Shown: piece by piece, positions 22,825-32,137 of the stretch
Layout of the letters: each line of letters starts with the position of its first letter
Numbering within the stretch: position 1 is the stretch's first letter
Assembly: GCA_963748625.1 (NCBI GenBank)
Contig: CAVVJT010000010.1
Location: forward strand, 928,001 to 992,000
From: an uncultured Chloroflexia bacterium
Lineage (GTDB): Bacteria; Chloroflexota; Limnocylindria; Limnocylindrales; CSP1-4
Direction of reading: 5' to 3'
Length of the DNA stretch: 64,000 nt
Translations under genes and position numbers: made by a program
The notes under the pieces: generated by a model
Database searches by the model: none
Told to the model about the DNA's origin: nothing
The model's input: the letters and a program-made list of their open reading frames with translations, nothing else

Positions 22825-22860
22825 GGGCCGTTCGGCCCCGATTGGCGGCCCGGTCGGCCG
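22825..22860 (-). promoter_or_regulatory. DosR/OsdR-like boxes upstream of hypF
   Basis: GGGCCGTTCGGCCC (22825-22838) centred 42.5 nt upstream of the leaderless ATG, with a weaker GGCCCGGTCGGCCG 22 bp further upstream. Confidence 0.5.
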
Positions 22861-22960
22861 AGCCCGCGCAACGGACCAGTGTGGTCCGGCCTGCCCGATG
22901 GCACCGTCGCTACACTTGCGGGCAGCCCCGGTGCCCACCGGGCGCACCTGCGGAGGTCGC

Positions 22961-23926
22961 GTGGCCGAGGCGTACGTCATCACCGTCACCGGCCCGAGGG
23001 ACGCCTCGACCCTGGGCGTCGTGGACGCGCACGACCATCTCCTGATCAGTTCGGCCGGGATGCCCGGCGACGCCTTCACGGATGTCGACAAGGCGATCGC
23101 GGAGGTCCTCGACGGCCGGGCGTCCGGCCTCGGCGCGATCGTCGAGATGACGCCCATCGGCCTCGGGCGCGACCCGGCGGGCCTGCGGGCGATCAGCGAG
23201 GCGACCGGCGTCCCCGTTATCGCCGCGAGCGGCTACCACCGCGACACCCACTACCCGGCCGACCACTGGGTCCACGCGGCGTCCGTGGAGCTGCTGGCAG
23301 ACCGCATCCTCGCGGACCTGCGGACCGGGATGCATCCCGCCGACTGGCTCAAGCCCGAGCTGCCCGCGGATCCGGCCCGGGCGGGCGCCATCAAGGGCGG
23401 CGCCTCGTACCACCACATCAGCGCCCCGGAGCGGCGCCGACTGGAAGCGATTGGTGGGGCCAGCGCCGCCACGGGCGCCGGCATCCTCGTGCACTGCGAG
23501 ATCGGCACAGCCGCCCACGAGATCATCGACCTGCTCGAGCGATCGGGTGCGCGCGCCGACCGAATCGCCCTCGCCCACATGGACCGCAATCCGGACTGGG
23601 AGCTCCACGCGGAGATCGCCGCCCGGGGCATCATGCTCGAGTACGACACGATCGGGCGCACCAAGTACCACCCGGACAGCGTGGTCCTCGACCTGATCGA
23701 ACGAGTCGCAGCCGCCGGGCATGTGAAGCGGATGATGCTCGGGCTGGACCTCGGGGCCCGCTCGTACCTGCGGGCCTACGAGGGCGGGCCGGGTCTGCGA
23801 TACCTCATGACCGCCTTCGCGCCACGCCTGCGGCGGCGACTGGGCGGCGATGCGGCGGCCCGGATCCTGATCGCGAATCCCGCGCGCTTCTACGCGGTAC
23901 CCGGCGGCGGGGAGGCATGGGCGTGA
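22961..23926 (+). CDS. Phosphotriesterase-family (PHP/PTE) metallohydrolase
   Basis: HDHL, GLGRD, GAIK, VHCE, AHMD, GLD metal ligands, ILIANP. GGAGG RBS. Confidence 0.88.
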   Translation: MAEAYVITVTGPRDASTLGVVDAHDHLLISSAGMPGDAFTDVDKAIAEVLDGRASGLGAIVEMTPIGLGRDPAGLRAISEATGVPVIAASGYHRDTHYPADHWVHAASVELLADRILADLRTGMHPADWLKPELPADPARAGAIKGGASYHHISAPERRRLEAIGGASAATGAGILVHCEIGTAAHEIIDLLERSGARADRIALAHMDRNPDWELHAEIAARGIMLEYDTIGRTKYHPDSVVLDLIERVAAAGHVKRMMLGLDLGARSYLRAYEGGPGLRYLMTAFAPRLRRRLGGDAAARILIANPARFYAVPGGGEAWA

Positions 23927-25224
23927 GGGACCGGTACGACGTCGTCGTGGTTGGCGCCGGGTCCGCGGGCTCCACGGCGGCGATCGCCGCGGCGCGGACC
24001 GGGGCGCGAACCCTGCTCGTGGACCGGCTCGCGTTCATGGGTGGCACGTCAACCGCCGTGCTCGACACCTTCTACGCGTTCTACACGCCGGGCGAGCAGC
24101 CGCTCCGAGTCGTCGGCGGGATCGGGTGGGAGGTCGTGGGCAGGCTCTACGACAATGGCGGCGCCTTCGAGCGGCCGAACACGTACGGCGCAGGGACGGG
24201 CATCACGTACGACGCCGAGGCGCTCAAGGTGGTCTGGGAGAACATGGCCGAGCAGGCCGGCGTGGAGCTCCTGCTGCATACCTGGGCCACCGGTGTCCGG
24301 GTGGCCGACGGCCGGCTCACCGCTGTCCGCCTCTGGAACAAGGGCGGCGAGCACTGGGTCGAGGCGGGTGCCTTCGTGGATGCCTCGGGCGACGCGGATG
24401 TCTGCGCCATGGCCGGCGTCCCCCACGACGCCCCAGGCGAGGGCGGCACGGTCCAGTCCCTCTCCACGCTGTTCAAGGTTGCCAACGCGGACATCGCCCG
24501 CGCGTCGGCGGTGCCGAAGTCGGAGCTGTGGCGCCTGATGGCCGAGGCCGCCGCGACGGGCGACTACCGGCTGCCGCGGATCGAGGGATCCTGGCACCGC
24601 ACCCCGTACGAGGGCGTGGCGCTGATCCACATGACGCGGGTGCCGAACGTGGACGCGACCGATCCCGTGCAGTTGACCGCGGCCGAGGTGGACGGGCGGC
24701 GCCAGGTGCAGGAGTACCACCGCTTCCTGCGCGACCGGGTGCCTGGCTTCGAGCGGGCGGTGATCGTGGCGACCTCGCCGGCCATCGGCGTGCGCGAGAG
24801 CCGCCGGGTCCACGGCGACTACCGGCTGACGCGCGAGGACGTGCTCTCCGGCGCCCGGTTTCCCGACGAGATCGCGCTCTGCGGCGCCCCGATCGAGGAT
24901 CACGGCGCGGGGGGCGATACGGCGTGGGCCTACGTGGGCGGTGCGTCAGGGGGCGTCTACGGCATCCCGTACCGGACCTTGCTCCCGGCGGGAATCGAGG
25001 GGCTCCTGGTCGCCGGCCGATGCTTCTCGGCCACACACGACGCGCACGCCTCGGCCCGCTCGATGGCGACCTGCATGGCGATGGGCCAGGCTGCGGGGAC
25101 GGCGGCCGCGATGGCCTCGCTCCAGGGGATCACGCCGCGCGGGGTGGCGGCAGGAGTGCTGCGCGCCAGGCTGGCGGATGACGGCGCGCTGCTCGAGCCG
25201 GTGCCCGTGCAGGTGGCGGTATGA
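23917..25224 (+). CDS. FAD-dependent oxidoreductase (FAD_oxidored family)
   Basis: DVVVVGAGSAG, GGTST, VDASGDAD, GVRESRR, YGIPYRTL, LLVAGRC, GQAAGTAA. Confidence 0.9.
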   Translation: MGVRDRYDVVVVGAGSAGSTAAIAAARTGARTLLVDRLAFMGGTSTAVLDTFYAFYTPGEQPLRVVGGIGWEVVGRLYDNGGAFERPNTYGAGTGITYDAEALKVVWENMAEQAGVELLLHTWATGVRVADGRLTAVRLWNKGGEHWVEAGAFVDASGDADVCAMAGVPHDAPGEGGTVQSLSTLFKVANADIARASAVPKSELWRLMAEAAATGDYRLPRIEGSWHRTPYEGVALIHMTRVPNVDATDPVQLTAAEVDGRRQVQEYHRFLRDRVPGFERAVIVATSPAIGVRESRRVHGDYRLTREDVLSGARFPDEIALCGAPIEDHGAGGDTAWAYVGGASGGVYGIPYRTLLPAGIEGLLVAGRCFSATHDAHASARSMATCMAMGQAAGTAAAMASLQGITPRGVAAGVLRARLADDGALLEPVPVQVAV

Positions 25225-26033
25225 GCGGAACAGGGCGGTTCGAGGGCCGGTCGATCCTGGTCACCGGGTCCACGGGCATGGCCGCCTCGGCGGCGCGGGC
25301 GATCGCGGGCGAGGGCGGTTTCGTGTTTCTCGTCTCACGGACTGCCGCCCACCTCGAGGAGCTGGCGGCGGGGATCCAGGCGGCGGGCGGGCAGTGCGCA
25401 TGGGCTGCTGCTGACCTGCGCTCCGAGTCGGCGGTGGAGGCGGCATTCGCGGCATTCGACGCAGTTGCTCCGCGCTTGGACGGGACCTACAGCGTGGCCG
25501 GCATCTCGGGGCGGCGATTCGGCGACGGTCCGCTGCACGAGGCGACGCTCGAGGGCTGGGAGACCGTCATGGGCGCGAACGCCACCTCCCAGTTCCTGGT
25601 CGCCCGGGCGGCGTTACGACGGATGCTGGGCCAGGAGCCCGACGACGCGGACTCGCGGGGTGCGCTCGTCCTGATGTCGTCCACGCTGGCGACTCACCCG
25701 GCGCCGGAGTTCTTCGCCACCCACGCCTACGCCGCCTCGAAGGGCGCGATCGACGGGCTGACCCGCGCGCTCGCCGCGTACTACGCGCCCAACGGCATCC
25801 GGGTCAACGCGGTGGCGCCCTCACTGGTCGCGACGCCCATGAGCCGGCGCGCGCAGGAGGACCCGGCGATCCTGCGCTACCTCGCTGCGAAGCAGCCCCT
25901 CGCCGGCGGCCCGATCACGGCCGACGCGGTCACGGCGACGGCCCTGCACCTGCTGTCCGATGCTTCAACGATGGTCACCGGGCAGGTGATCGCGGTGGAC
26001 GGCGGCTGGTCGGTGAGCGAGCCGTCGGCCTGA
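25221..26033 (+). CDS. SDR family oxidoreductase
   Basis: VTGSTG, YAASKG, GIRVNAVAP, TGQVIAVDGG. Confidence 0.9.
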   Translation: MSGTGRFEGRSILVTGSTGMAASAARAIAGEGGFVFLVSRTAAHLEELAAGIQAAGGQCAWAAADLRSESAVEAAFAAFDAVAPRLDGTYSVAGISGRRFGDGPLHEATLEGWETVMGANATSQFLVARAALRRMLGQEPDDADSRGALVLMSSTLATHPAPEFFATHAYAASKGAIDGLTRALAAYYAPNGIRVNAVAPSLVATPMSRRAQEDPAILRYLAAKQPLAGGPITADAVTATALHLLSDASTMVTGQVIAVDGGWSVSEPSA

Positions 26034-26043
26034 CTGGACGAAG

Positions 26044-27039
26044 CTATCGGTCCAGCAGCAGCAGGACCTGCGTCCGCGTCGGCAGGTCGCGTGCGCCGCC
26101 CTCGCGGGTCACCTTGAGCGCGCCAAGTGCGTTCCCCCACCGCAGCGCCTCGGCGAGCGGCAGCCCTTCGACCATCGCCGTGATGAACCCTGCGTCGAAC
26201 GCATCGCCCGCGCCGACGGGGTTGCGCAGCGTGACGGCGAACCCGGGGCCGCGGACCAGCCGCCCGGTGGCGGTTGCGGCCACCGCGCCACCCGCGCCCA
26301 GGCGCGCCACCACCGTCCGCGAGCCGCCCGCCAGCGCGAGGGCCGCCGTCTCCACCGAGCCCACGTCGTGCTCGCGGGCGCGGGCCAACGGCACGATCTC
26401 CTCGGGCCCGCTCCCGAACACCACGTCGGCAAGGTCCACTGCGGCTGCGACGACCGCCTCGACCTCCCGCGGCAGGCCCCACAGCTCGAGGCGCAGGTTC
26501 AGGTCCAGCGACACCGGCACCCCGGCCGCACGCGCGATCCGCATGCCCTCGAGGACGGCCGACGCCACCGGCTCATGCCGCAGGCACATCCCGGTCGTGT
26601 GCATCCAGGCGGCGCCCGCGAGCAGCCCGGCATCGAGGTGGGCCGGGGAGAACCGGGCGAGCGCCCCCATGTCGAGCGGCCAGACCACGAGATGGCGGCC
26701 GCCGTCGGGCTCCAGCATCGCGATCACCTGGCAGGTCGGATCGTCGGCAAGGATGACAAGGCCGGCCATGTCCACACCCGTCGCCCGCAGGTCGGCCGCC
26801 ACGAACCGCCCGAACCCGTCATCGCCGACAGCCCCGTGGAACACCACCGGCACCCCGAGCTTCGCCAGCGCCGCCGCCGTATTGCCGGCCGTTCCGCCAC
26901 CGGTCAGCCGCGGCTCACCAGCCGCCCCGCCCGCGGCGCCATCCGGACCAGACCGCCCACGCTCCGGGAGCTGGATCGTCAGGTCGGCGTTGACGTCGCC
27001 CAGCACGACGACCGGACGCCCGGCAGACGCGTCGGCCAC
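26044..27039 (-). CDS. PfkB-family carbohydrate kinase
   Basis: GGTAGNTA, GAVGDDGFG, LDLNLR, NPVGAGDAF. Confidence 0.9.
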   Translation of the reverse strand: MADASAGRPVVVLGDVNADLTIQLPERGRSGPDGAAGGAAGEPRLTGGGTAGNTAAALAKLGVPVVFHGAVGDDGFGRFVAADLRATGVDMAGLVILADDPTCQVIAMLEPDGGRHLVVWPLDMGALARFSPAHLDAGLLAGAAWMHTTGMCLRHEPVASAVLEGMRIARAAGVPVSLDLNLRLELWGLPREVEAVVAAAVDLADVVFGSGPEEIVPLARAREHDVGSVETAALALAGGSRTVVARLGAGGAVAATATGRLVRGPGFAVTLRNPVGAGDAFDAGFITAMVEGLPLAEALRWGNALGALKVTREGGARDLPTRTQVLLLLDR

Positions 27040-27042
27040 CCG

Positions 27043-27708
27043 TCACCCGGCCTTCGCGGCTGCCGCGAAGGCGGCGACCCGCTCGAGGTCCTTGCGGAAG
27101 CCGCCACCCTCGATCGACCGGTTCGTGTGCGTGAGCGAGTCCACGCCCCACGGCCTCACCGCCCTGATCGCCTCTGCCACGTTCTCGGGCGACAGCCCGC
27201 CGGCCAGGATCACCGGCACTCGCACCGCCTCCACGATCCGCCGGCTCACGGACCAGTCGTGTGTGGCCCCGCTCGCCCCGACGCCCGGGATGTCGGGCGC
27301 CTGGGTGTCGAGGATCAGGTAGTCCGCGACGTCGGCGTACGCGCGAGCCTCCGCGATGCTCTCGGGTCCGGTCACCGAGACCGCCTGCATGATCGGGACC
27401 CCCGGCGCCCGGCCGCGAAGGGCAGCCACCAGCTCCGGCGTGACATCGGCGGCGAGCGGGCACAGGTGCAGGATCGCGGGCCGCACCACGCGCACCATCT
27501 CGACCACCCAGTCCGGGTCCATCGAGACCGTGAGCGCCACCACGCGGGCGCGGTCGCCCACAGCATGCACGATCTCGGCCATCGCCTCGAGTGACGGCAG
27601 CTCCCCGGGCAGGCCCTGGGGCGGCGTGATGCCCACGTGATCAGCGCCGGCGTCGATGCACGCGAGCGCCTCCTCGACCGACTGCATCGTGTAGAACTGG
27701 ACGATCAC
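27043..27708 (-). CDS. TrpF-like (phosphoribosylanthranilate isomerase fold) protein lacking the N-terminal KICG cysteine
   Basis: LILDT, GASGATHDW, VILAGGLSPENV, PWGVDS are TrpF-like, but the N-terminus reads MIVQFYTM. Confidence 0.75.
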   Translation of the reverse strand: MIVQFYTMQSVEEALACIDAGADHVGITPPQGLPGELPSLEAMAEIVHAVGDRARVVALTVSMDPDWVVEMVRVVRPAILHLCPLAADVTPELVAALRGRAPGVPIMQAVSVTGPESIAEARAYADVADYLILDTQAPDIPGVGASGATHDWSVSRRIVEAVRVPVILAGGLSPENVAEAIRAVRPWGVDSLTHTNRSIEGGGFRKDLERVAAFAAAAKAG

Positions 27709-27769
27709 TCCGCGACCTCCCCGCTGCCGGCCTGCAGTGCGGCCCCGACCACAACGCGGCCCGACCCCA

Positions 27770-28903
27770 TCAGTGCGGCCCGCCGACCCAGCCGCGGCCG
27801 CGGGTCACCCGCAGCACGTGCAGGTCGTCATCGAGCTCGACCAGGTGCGCCCGCATCCCCACCGCCAGGTGCCCGCGATCCGTCGCGCCCAGCAGCGCGG
27901 CCGGGTTCGCGGAGGCCGCTGCAACGGCAAACGGCAACGGCACTCCCGAGGCGACCAGGTTGCGCACGGCGCTGTCGAGCGCGATCACGGAGCCCGCCAG
28001 CGTGGTGGTCCCAAGGAGCGTCGCCCGCCCGTCGTGCACCTCCACCTCGAGGCCGCCCACCACGCCCCGACCCTCGCGGGTGCCGGCCATCGGCAATGCG
28101 TCGGAGACCAGGATCAGGCGGTCCGCGGGCTTGGTCCGGCGGATGATCGGCCAGAGCGCCGGGTGGACATGGTTGCCATCGGCGATGAGCTCCACGTAGG
28201 CGCCATCGTCCGTGAGGGCAGCCACCGCCAGCCCCGGCAGCCGGTGGTCCACGCCGCTCATCGCGTTGAACAGGTGCGTGGTCGTTCGGCCTCCGGCCGC
28301 ATAGCCCGCGCGCGCCTCCTCCAGCGTCGCGTTCGAATGCCCGATGGAGGCGGCAACACCGAGCGCCGTCAACCGCTCGATCAGCTCGAGGGCGCCCGGC
28401 AGCTCCGGCGCGATGGTGATGATGCGCAACCCGTCCAAGGCGGCGTCGAGCACCGAAGCCGGCAGCTCGGCGGGCGTCCGCAGCAGGGCCGCCGAGTGGG
28501 CGCCCTTGCGGGCCGGGGCGATGAACGGCCCCTCCAGGTTGAAGCCCAGCGGCTCCGCCCCCCCGGACGGGTTCGTCCCCATCCAGGCCCGGACCCGCTG
28601 GGCGAACAGCGGGATCTCGGCCTGCGGGAGCGTGGGGGCGGTCGGCAGGAACGAGGTCACGCCGCGCTTGAGCAGCGCATGGGCCATGCCGGTGAGCGCG
28701 TTCGCGTCGCCCGTGGCGTCGTGACCGCCCCAGCCGTGGACGTGGACGTCGATGAAGCCCGGCGCGATGTACGGCCAGGATGCCGCCTGGCGGTTGTCGG
28801 GCTCCCGGACGACCGCGGTGATGAACCCGTCCTCGACCGTGAGGTGGCCGGGGACGATCCCGTCGTCGAGGACGAGCCGGCCCTCGACCAGCTGCTCAGG
28901 CAC
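27770..28903 (-). CDS. nagA: N-acetylglucosamine-6-phosphate deacetylase
   Basis: PGFIDVHVHG, NLEGPF, APEL, GHSNA, THLFNAM, IADGNH, LVSDA, LAGS. Confidence 0.92.
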   Translation of the reverse strand: MPEQLVEGRLVLDDGIVPGHLTVEDGFITAVVREPDNRQAASWPYIAPGFIDVHVHGWGGHDATGDANALTGMAHALLKRGVTSFLPTAPTLPQAEIPLFAQRVRAWMGTNPSGGAEPLGFNLEGPFIAPARKGAHSAALLRTPAELPASVLDAALDGLRIITIAPELPGALELIERLTALGVAASIGHSNATLEEARAGYAAGGRTTTHLFNAMSGVDHRLPGLAVAALTDDGAYVELIADGNHVHPALWPIIRRTKPADRLILVSDALPMAGTREGRGVVGGLEVEVHDGRATLLGTTTLAGSVIALDSAVRNLVASGVPLPFAVAAASANPAALLGATDRGHLAVGMRAHLVELDDDLHVLRVTRGRGWVGGPH

Positions 28904-30047
28904 CGTTCGCCTCCCGGAGCGCCGCACGCATCGCCAGCAGGTTCTCCGCCGGCACATTGGGCTGCACGTTGTGGACGGACGCGAAGACGAAGCCGCCGTC
29001 GCCACGCAGGTCGCCGACGCGGCGCAGCACCTCGTCCCGGACCTGGGCCGGCGTCCCGGAGCCCAGGACCCGCTGGGTATCGACGCCACCGCCCCAGAAG
29101 ACGATGTCGCGGCCGAACTCGCGCTTGAGCTCGGCGGTGTCCATGTTGGCGGCGGAGACCTGCACGGGATTGAGGATATCCACCCCGATCTCGACCAGGT
29201 CCGGGATCAGCTCCCGCACGGCGCCGCAGGTATGGAAGAAGACCTTGGCGTCCGTGTGGGCGTGGAGCCAGGTGAACAGCTCGCGGTGGAGCGGCTTCAC
29301 GAGCTCGCGGTACGTGCGCGGCGAGAACAGCGTGCGCTCCTGCCCGCCGAGATCGTCGGCTTCGACCAGGACGTCCGCCCAGGGCCCGACCTCCGCCAGG
29401 GCCCGCTCCCAGTACGCGATCTTGATCTCAAGGATCTGCTCCATGATCCGCCGCGCGAGGTCCGGCTCCGCGGCGAGGTCCATGTACCCCTCCTCGAAGC
29501 CGCGCAGCTTGAACAGGCCCTCGGTGAGGCCGCCGCAGATCGATCCGATGGCGACCGCGCGCTGCTCCTCCTCCGCGAACCGGCGGGCCTCGTCGGCCAT
29601 GCCGGCGTAGCGGGCGGGGTCGGTCGCATCCGGCCAGGCGTAGGCCTCGACATCGGCCAGCGTGCGCTCGCCCGCCAGGGGCGGCGCCCAGGCGTCGTAG
29701 TAGAGCGGGTTCGCCAGCGGCATCCGCCGGCCCACGCCCCACTCGTCCACGTACGAGCGGTGCTCCGCGTCCTCGGTGATCACGCGCGTGTACCCGGACC
29801 CGCCACGCGGGCTCACCAGCCGCACGTCGCACTCGAGCGCGTCGAGCACGTCGGGCTCCACGTCGGCGAGCTGCTGGGTGATGTCCACCACGCGGGCGTC
29901 GCGGGCCTCGAGGCCCAGCGCGGGGCGGAGGCGCTCATAGGCGCGGGCGTGGATGCCGGTGACCCGGGTGCCGCCCAGGTCGTAGGGGATCCGATCGGGC
30001 TCGACGTGGGCGAGCGCCGCCCGGACGCGGTCGCGAGAGGTGGTCAC
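28896..30047 (-). CDS. Uroporphyrinogen decarboxylase/MtaA-CmuA superfamily protein
   Basis: TSRDRV..H.EPDRIP, DEWGV, ADDLG, FFHTCG, DILNPVQ, FWGGGVDTQ, GFVFASVHNVQ, PAEN. Confidence 0.85.
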   Translation of the reverse strand: MTTSRDRVRAALAHVEPDRIPYDLGGTRVTGIHARAYERLRPALGLEARDARVVDITQQLADVEPDVLDALECDVRLVSPRGGSGYTRVITEDAEHRSYVDEWGVGRRMPLANPLYYDAWAPPLAGERTLADVEAYAWPDATDPARYAGMADEARRFAEEEQRAVAIGSICGGLTEGLFKLRGFEEGYMDLAAEPDLARRIMEQILEIKIAYWERALAEVGPWADVLVEADDLGGQERTLFSPRTYRELVKPLHRELFTWLHAHTDAKVFFHTCGAVRELIPDLVEIGVDILNPVQVSAANMDTAELKREFGRDIVFWGGGVDTQRVLGSGTPAQVRDEVLRRVGDLRGDGGFVFASVHNVQPNVPAENLLAMRAALREANGA

Positions 30048-30083
30048 GGTCAGCGGGTCTCCAGGGTCATCGGTGGTCCGGCG

Positions 30084-30179
30084 CGGTCGGCGGCGTCACG
30101 GTCGGCGGCGTCACGGTCGGCGGCGTCACGGTCGGCGGCGTCACGGTCGGCGGCGTCACGGTCGGCGGCGTCACGGTCA
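30084..30179. repeat. Perfect 15-bp tandem repeat (CGGTCGGCGGCGTCA) x6 plus a partial copy
   Basis: Directly visible; it begins at the GNAT stop codon and has no spacers. Confidence 0.95.
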
Positions 30180-31058
30180 GTAGCCCACCGACGGCATCCA
30201 GGCGCCCTCGGGCTCCTGGTAGATCCCGATGGTCATCAGGTTGGTCACGAAGAACACCCGCAGCCCCTGCTCGAGGCACCAGCGGAACAGGTCGTTGTTG
30301 TCGAGCGGGACCAGGAACCCGGGCGTCCCGAAGTCCGCAGACTCGCAGATCAGCGCACGCAGGTCGTCGTTGGTCTCGGCCACCGAGTGGGCGAAGTAGT
30401 TGATCCTCGTCGTGTACCCGGTGATCCGGCCCAGGCGCTCCACGACCCGCGCCTCGCCCGCCTCGATCGCCTCGCCAACCTCCACCGAGCGCGCGTGACC
30501 GTGCACCCGCAGGCACAGCGAGTTCATCGCGTACTCGTCGTCGATGATGGCCGGGCGCACCTTGTAGCCGGGCATCTCGCGCTGGATCGGCGTCCCGTGC
30601 ATGGCGGCGAAGGAGTTGCGGACCTCGAAGCCGAGCTTCGCGTACAGGCTCAGCGAGCGGTTGTGGTACGCGATCTGGACCAGGCGCACGCCGGCCGCGC
30701 CGCGCTCGTGGAAGCGTGCGAGCATCGCCTCCATGAGCTTGCGCCCGATATGGTGGTCCTGGGCGTCCGGATCCACGCTCACAGGGCCGATGGCGAAGAT
30801 GGGGCCGCGCTCGTCGAGGAACGACGAGCCGACGACCCGGCCGCCGGACTCCGCCACCACGCCGTAGACCTTGGGGTGGTTGATGAGCCAGCGGATCGGC
30901 TGGGAGGCGGCCTCCACCGTGGGGAAGTCGTGTGGGAAGCCGTGCTGGTCCGCGATTGTCGAGAAGGCCTCGTAGCAGATGCGGCCGGCATCCTCCCAGT
31001 CGGCATCGACGGCCTCGCGGATGACCACGCCCGATGACGCGGGCGCCAGCGTGTCCAT
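30177..31058 (-). CDS. GNAT-family N-acetyltransferase (two-domain)
   Basis: IREA, IGPVSVDPDAQDHHIGRKLM, SLSLYAKLGF. GGAGGAG RBS. Confidence 0.85.
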   Translation of the reverse strand: MDTLAPASSGVVIREAVDADWEDAGRICYEAFSTIADQHGFPHDFPTVEAASQPIRWLINHPKVYGVVAESGGRVVGSSFLDERGPIFAIGPVSVDPDAQDHHIGRKLMEAMLARFHERGAAGVRLVQIAYHNRSLSLYAKLGFEVRNSFAAMHGTPIQREMPGYKVRPAIIDDEYAMNSLCLRVHGHARSVEVGEAIEAGEARVVERLGRITGYTTRINYFAHSVAETNDDLRALICESADFGTPGFLVPLDNNDLFRWCLEQGLRVFFVTNLMTIGIYQEPEGAWMPSVGY

Positions 31059-31075
31059 GCGATCTCCTCCCGGTC

Positions 31076-31957
31076 CTAGCCGGCAGCGGTTGCGGGCGTG
31101 TAGTAGCGGCGGTACTCGCCCGGCGACATGGCGCACGAGCGGTAGAACACCTTGTAGAACTGGTTGAGGTTGGTGTAGCTCACAGCCCGCGCGACCTCGG
31201 CCACGGACAGGTCCGTCGCGAGCAGCAGCCGCTTGGCCTCCCCGACCCGGACCTGCGTCACATATTCCTTGAACGACACGCCCGTCACGTCCTTGAACAC
31301 GTGGCGGACGCGGGACGGGCTGACGTGGACCAGGTCGGCGACGTCCTCGAGCGTGATCTGCTCACGGTGGTAGCGGTCCACGTAGGCGAGGACCGGGCGG
31401 ATCTGCTCACGGCGGTCGGCGGCCGCGCGGATGGCGCCGGGCGTGGCGCGGGCGGCCGGATCGCGGTTCACGAGGGCGATCGCTGTCCGCAGGGTGGCGT
31501 CGGCAAGGAAGCGCTCCGCGGGGTCTGCGCGGAGGTGGATGTCGCGCAGGCGGTGCAGGAGCGGCGCGATCTCATCGGCGAGGGGGGTGCCGCCACGCAC
31601 CCGGGGTGAGGCCGTCCGCTCGTCCCAGCGGAACGGCGCGAGGTAGCCCTGGTCCAGTGGGCGGCAGCCGGGCCCGGCCAGGAGCTCCGGACGGAACAGC
31701 ACCAGCAGCAGGCGCAGCGGCCAGCCGGGGTCCGCGAGGGCCACGTGGGGCTGGCTGTTGTCGATGAAGAAGACATCGCCGGGCTCCGCACGCAGCGCCC
31801 GCTTGCCGAACATGAACTCGCCCGCGCCGTCGAGCACCAGCGCCACCTCGAAATGGTCGTGCCAGTGCATCGGATCCCCATCGCCCAGGGCGGTGTACTC
31901 GATCACCGCGAGCGGGAAGTCCGGGTCCATGTCCTGCTGCCAGACGTAGACGGCCAT
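31076..31957 (-). CDS. AraC-family transcriptional regulator with cupin sensor domain
   Basis: MHWHDHFE cupin; ITLEDVA..VSPS..FKDVTG; AKRLL..LSVAEVA..F.KVF..MSPGEYR. Confidence 0.92.
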   Translation of the reverse strand: MAVYVWQQDMDPDFPLAVIEYTALGDGDPMHWHDHFEVALVLDGAGEFMFGKRALRAEPGDVFFIDNSQPHVALADPGWPLRLLLVLFRPELLAGPGCRPLDQGYLAPFRWDERTASPRVRGGTPLADEIAPLLHRLRDIHLRADPAERFLADATLRTAIALVNRDPAARATPGAIRAAADRREQIRPVLAYVDRYHREQITLEDVADLVHVSPSRVRHVFKDVTGVSFKEYVTQVRVGEAKRLLLATDLSVAEVARAVSYTNLNQFYKVFYRSCAMSPGEYRRYYTPATAAG

Positions 31958-32137
31958 GGCGCGCACCGTGCCAGCGCGCAGCCGCAACGGACAGGGCCGT
32001 ATGGAGGGTTTGGACGGTCCGGCTGGGGTGGCGCGACCGCTTCTGCCACTCCTTCGACCGTGACTGGCATTGCCGTGGCCGGGTGCGGGGCAGACGATCA
32101 GCCCATCGATGCCTGCGCCCCGCCAGGAGTTGTTGTC

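Noticed and set aside
30084-30179. Possible CRISPR array (also 51311-51390, 52648-52845 and 8860-8954)
   Set aside because: Units are 9-20 bp with no unique 25-45 bp spacers, and no cas genes are present.
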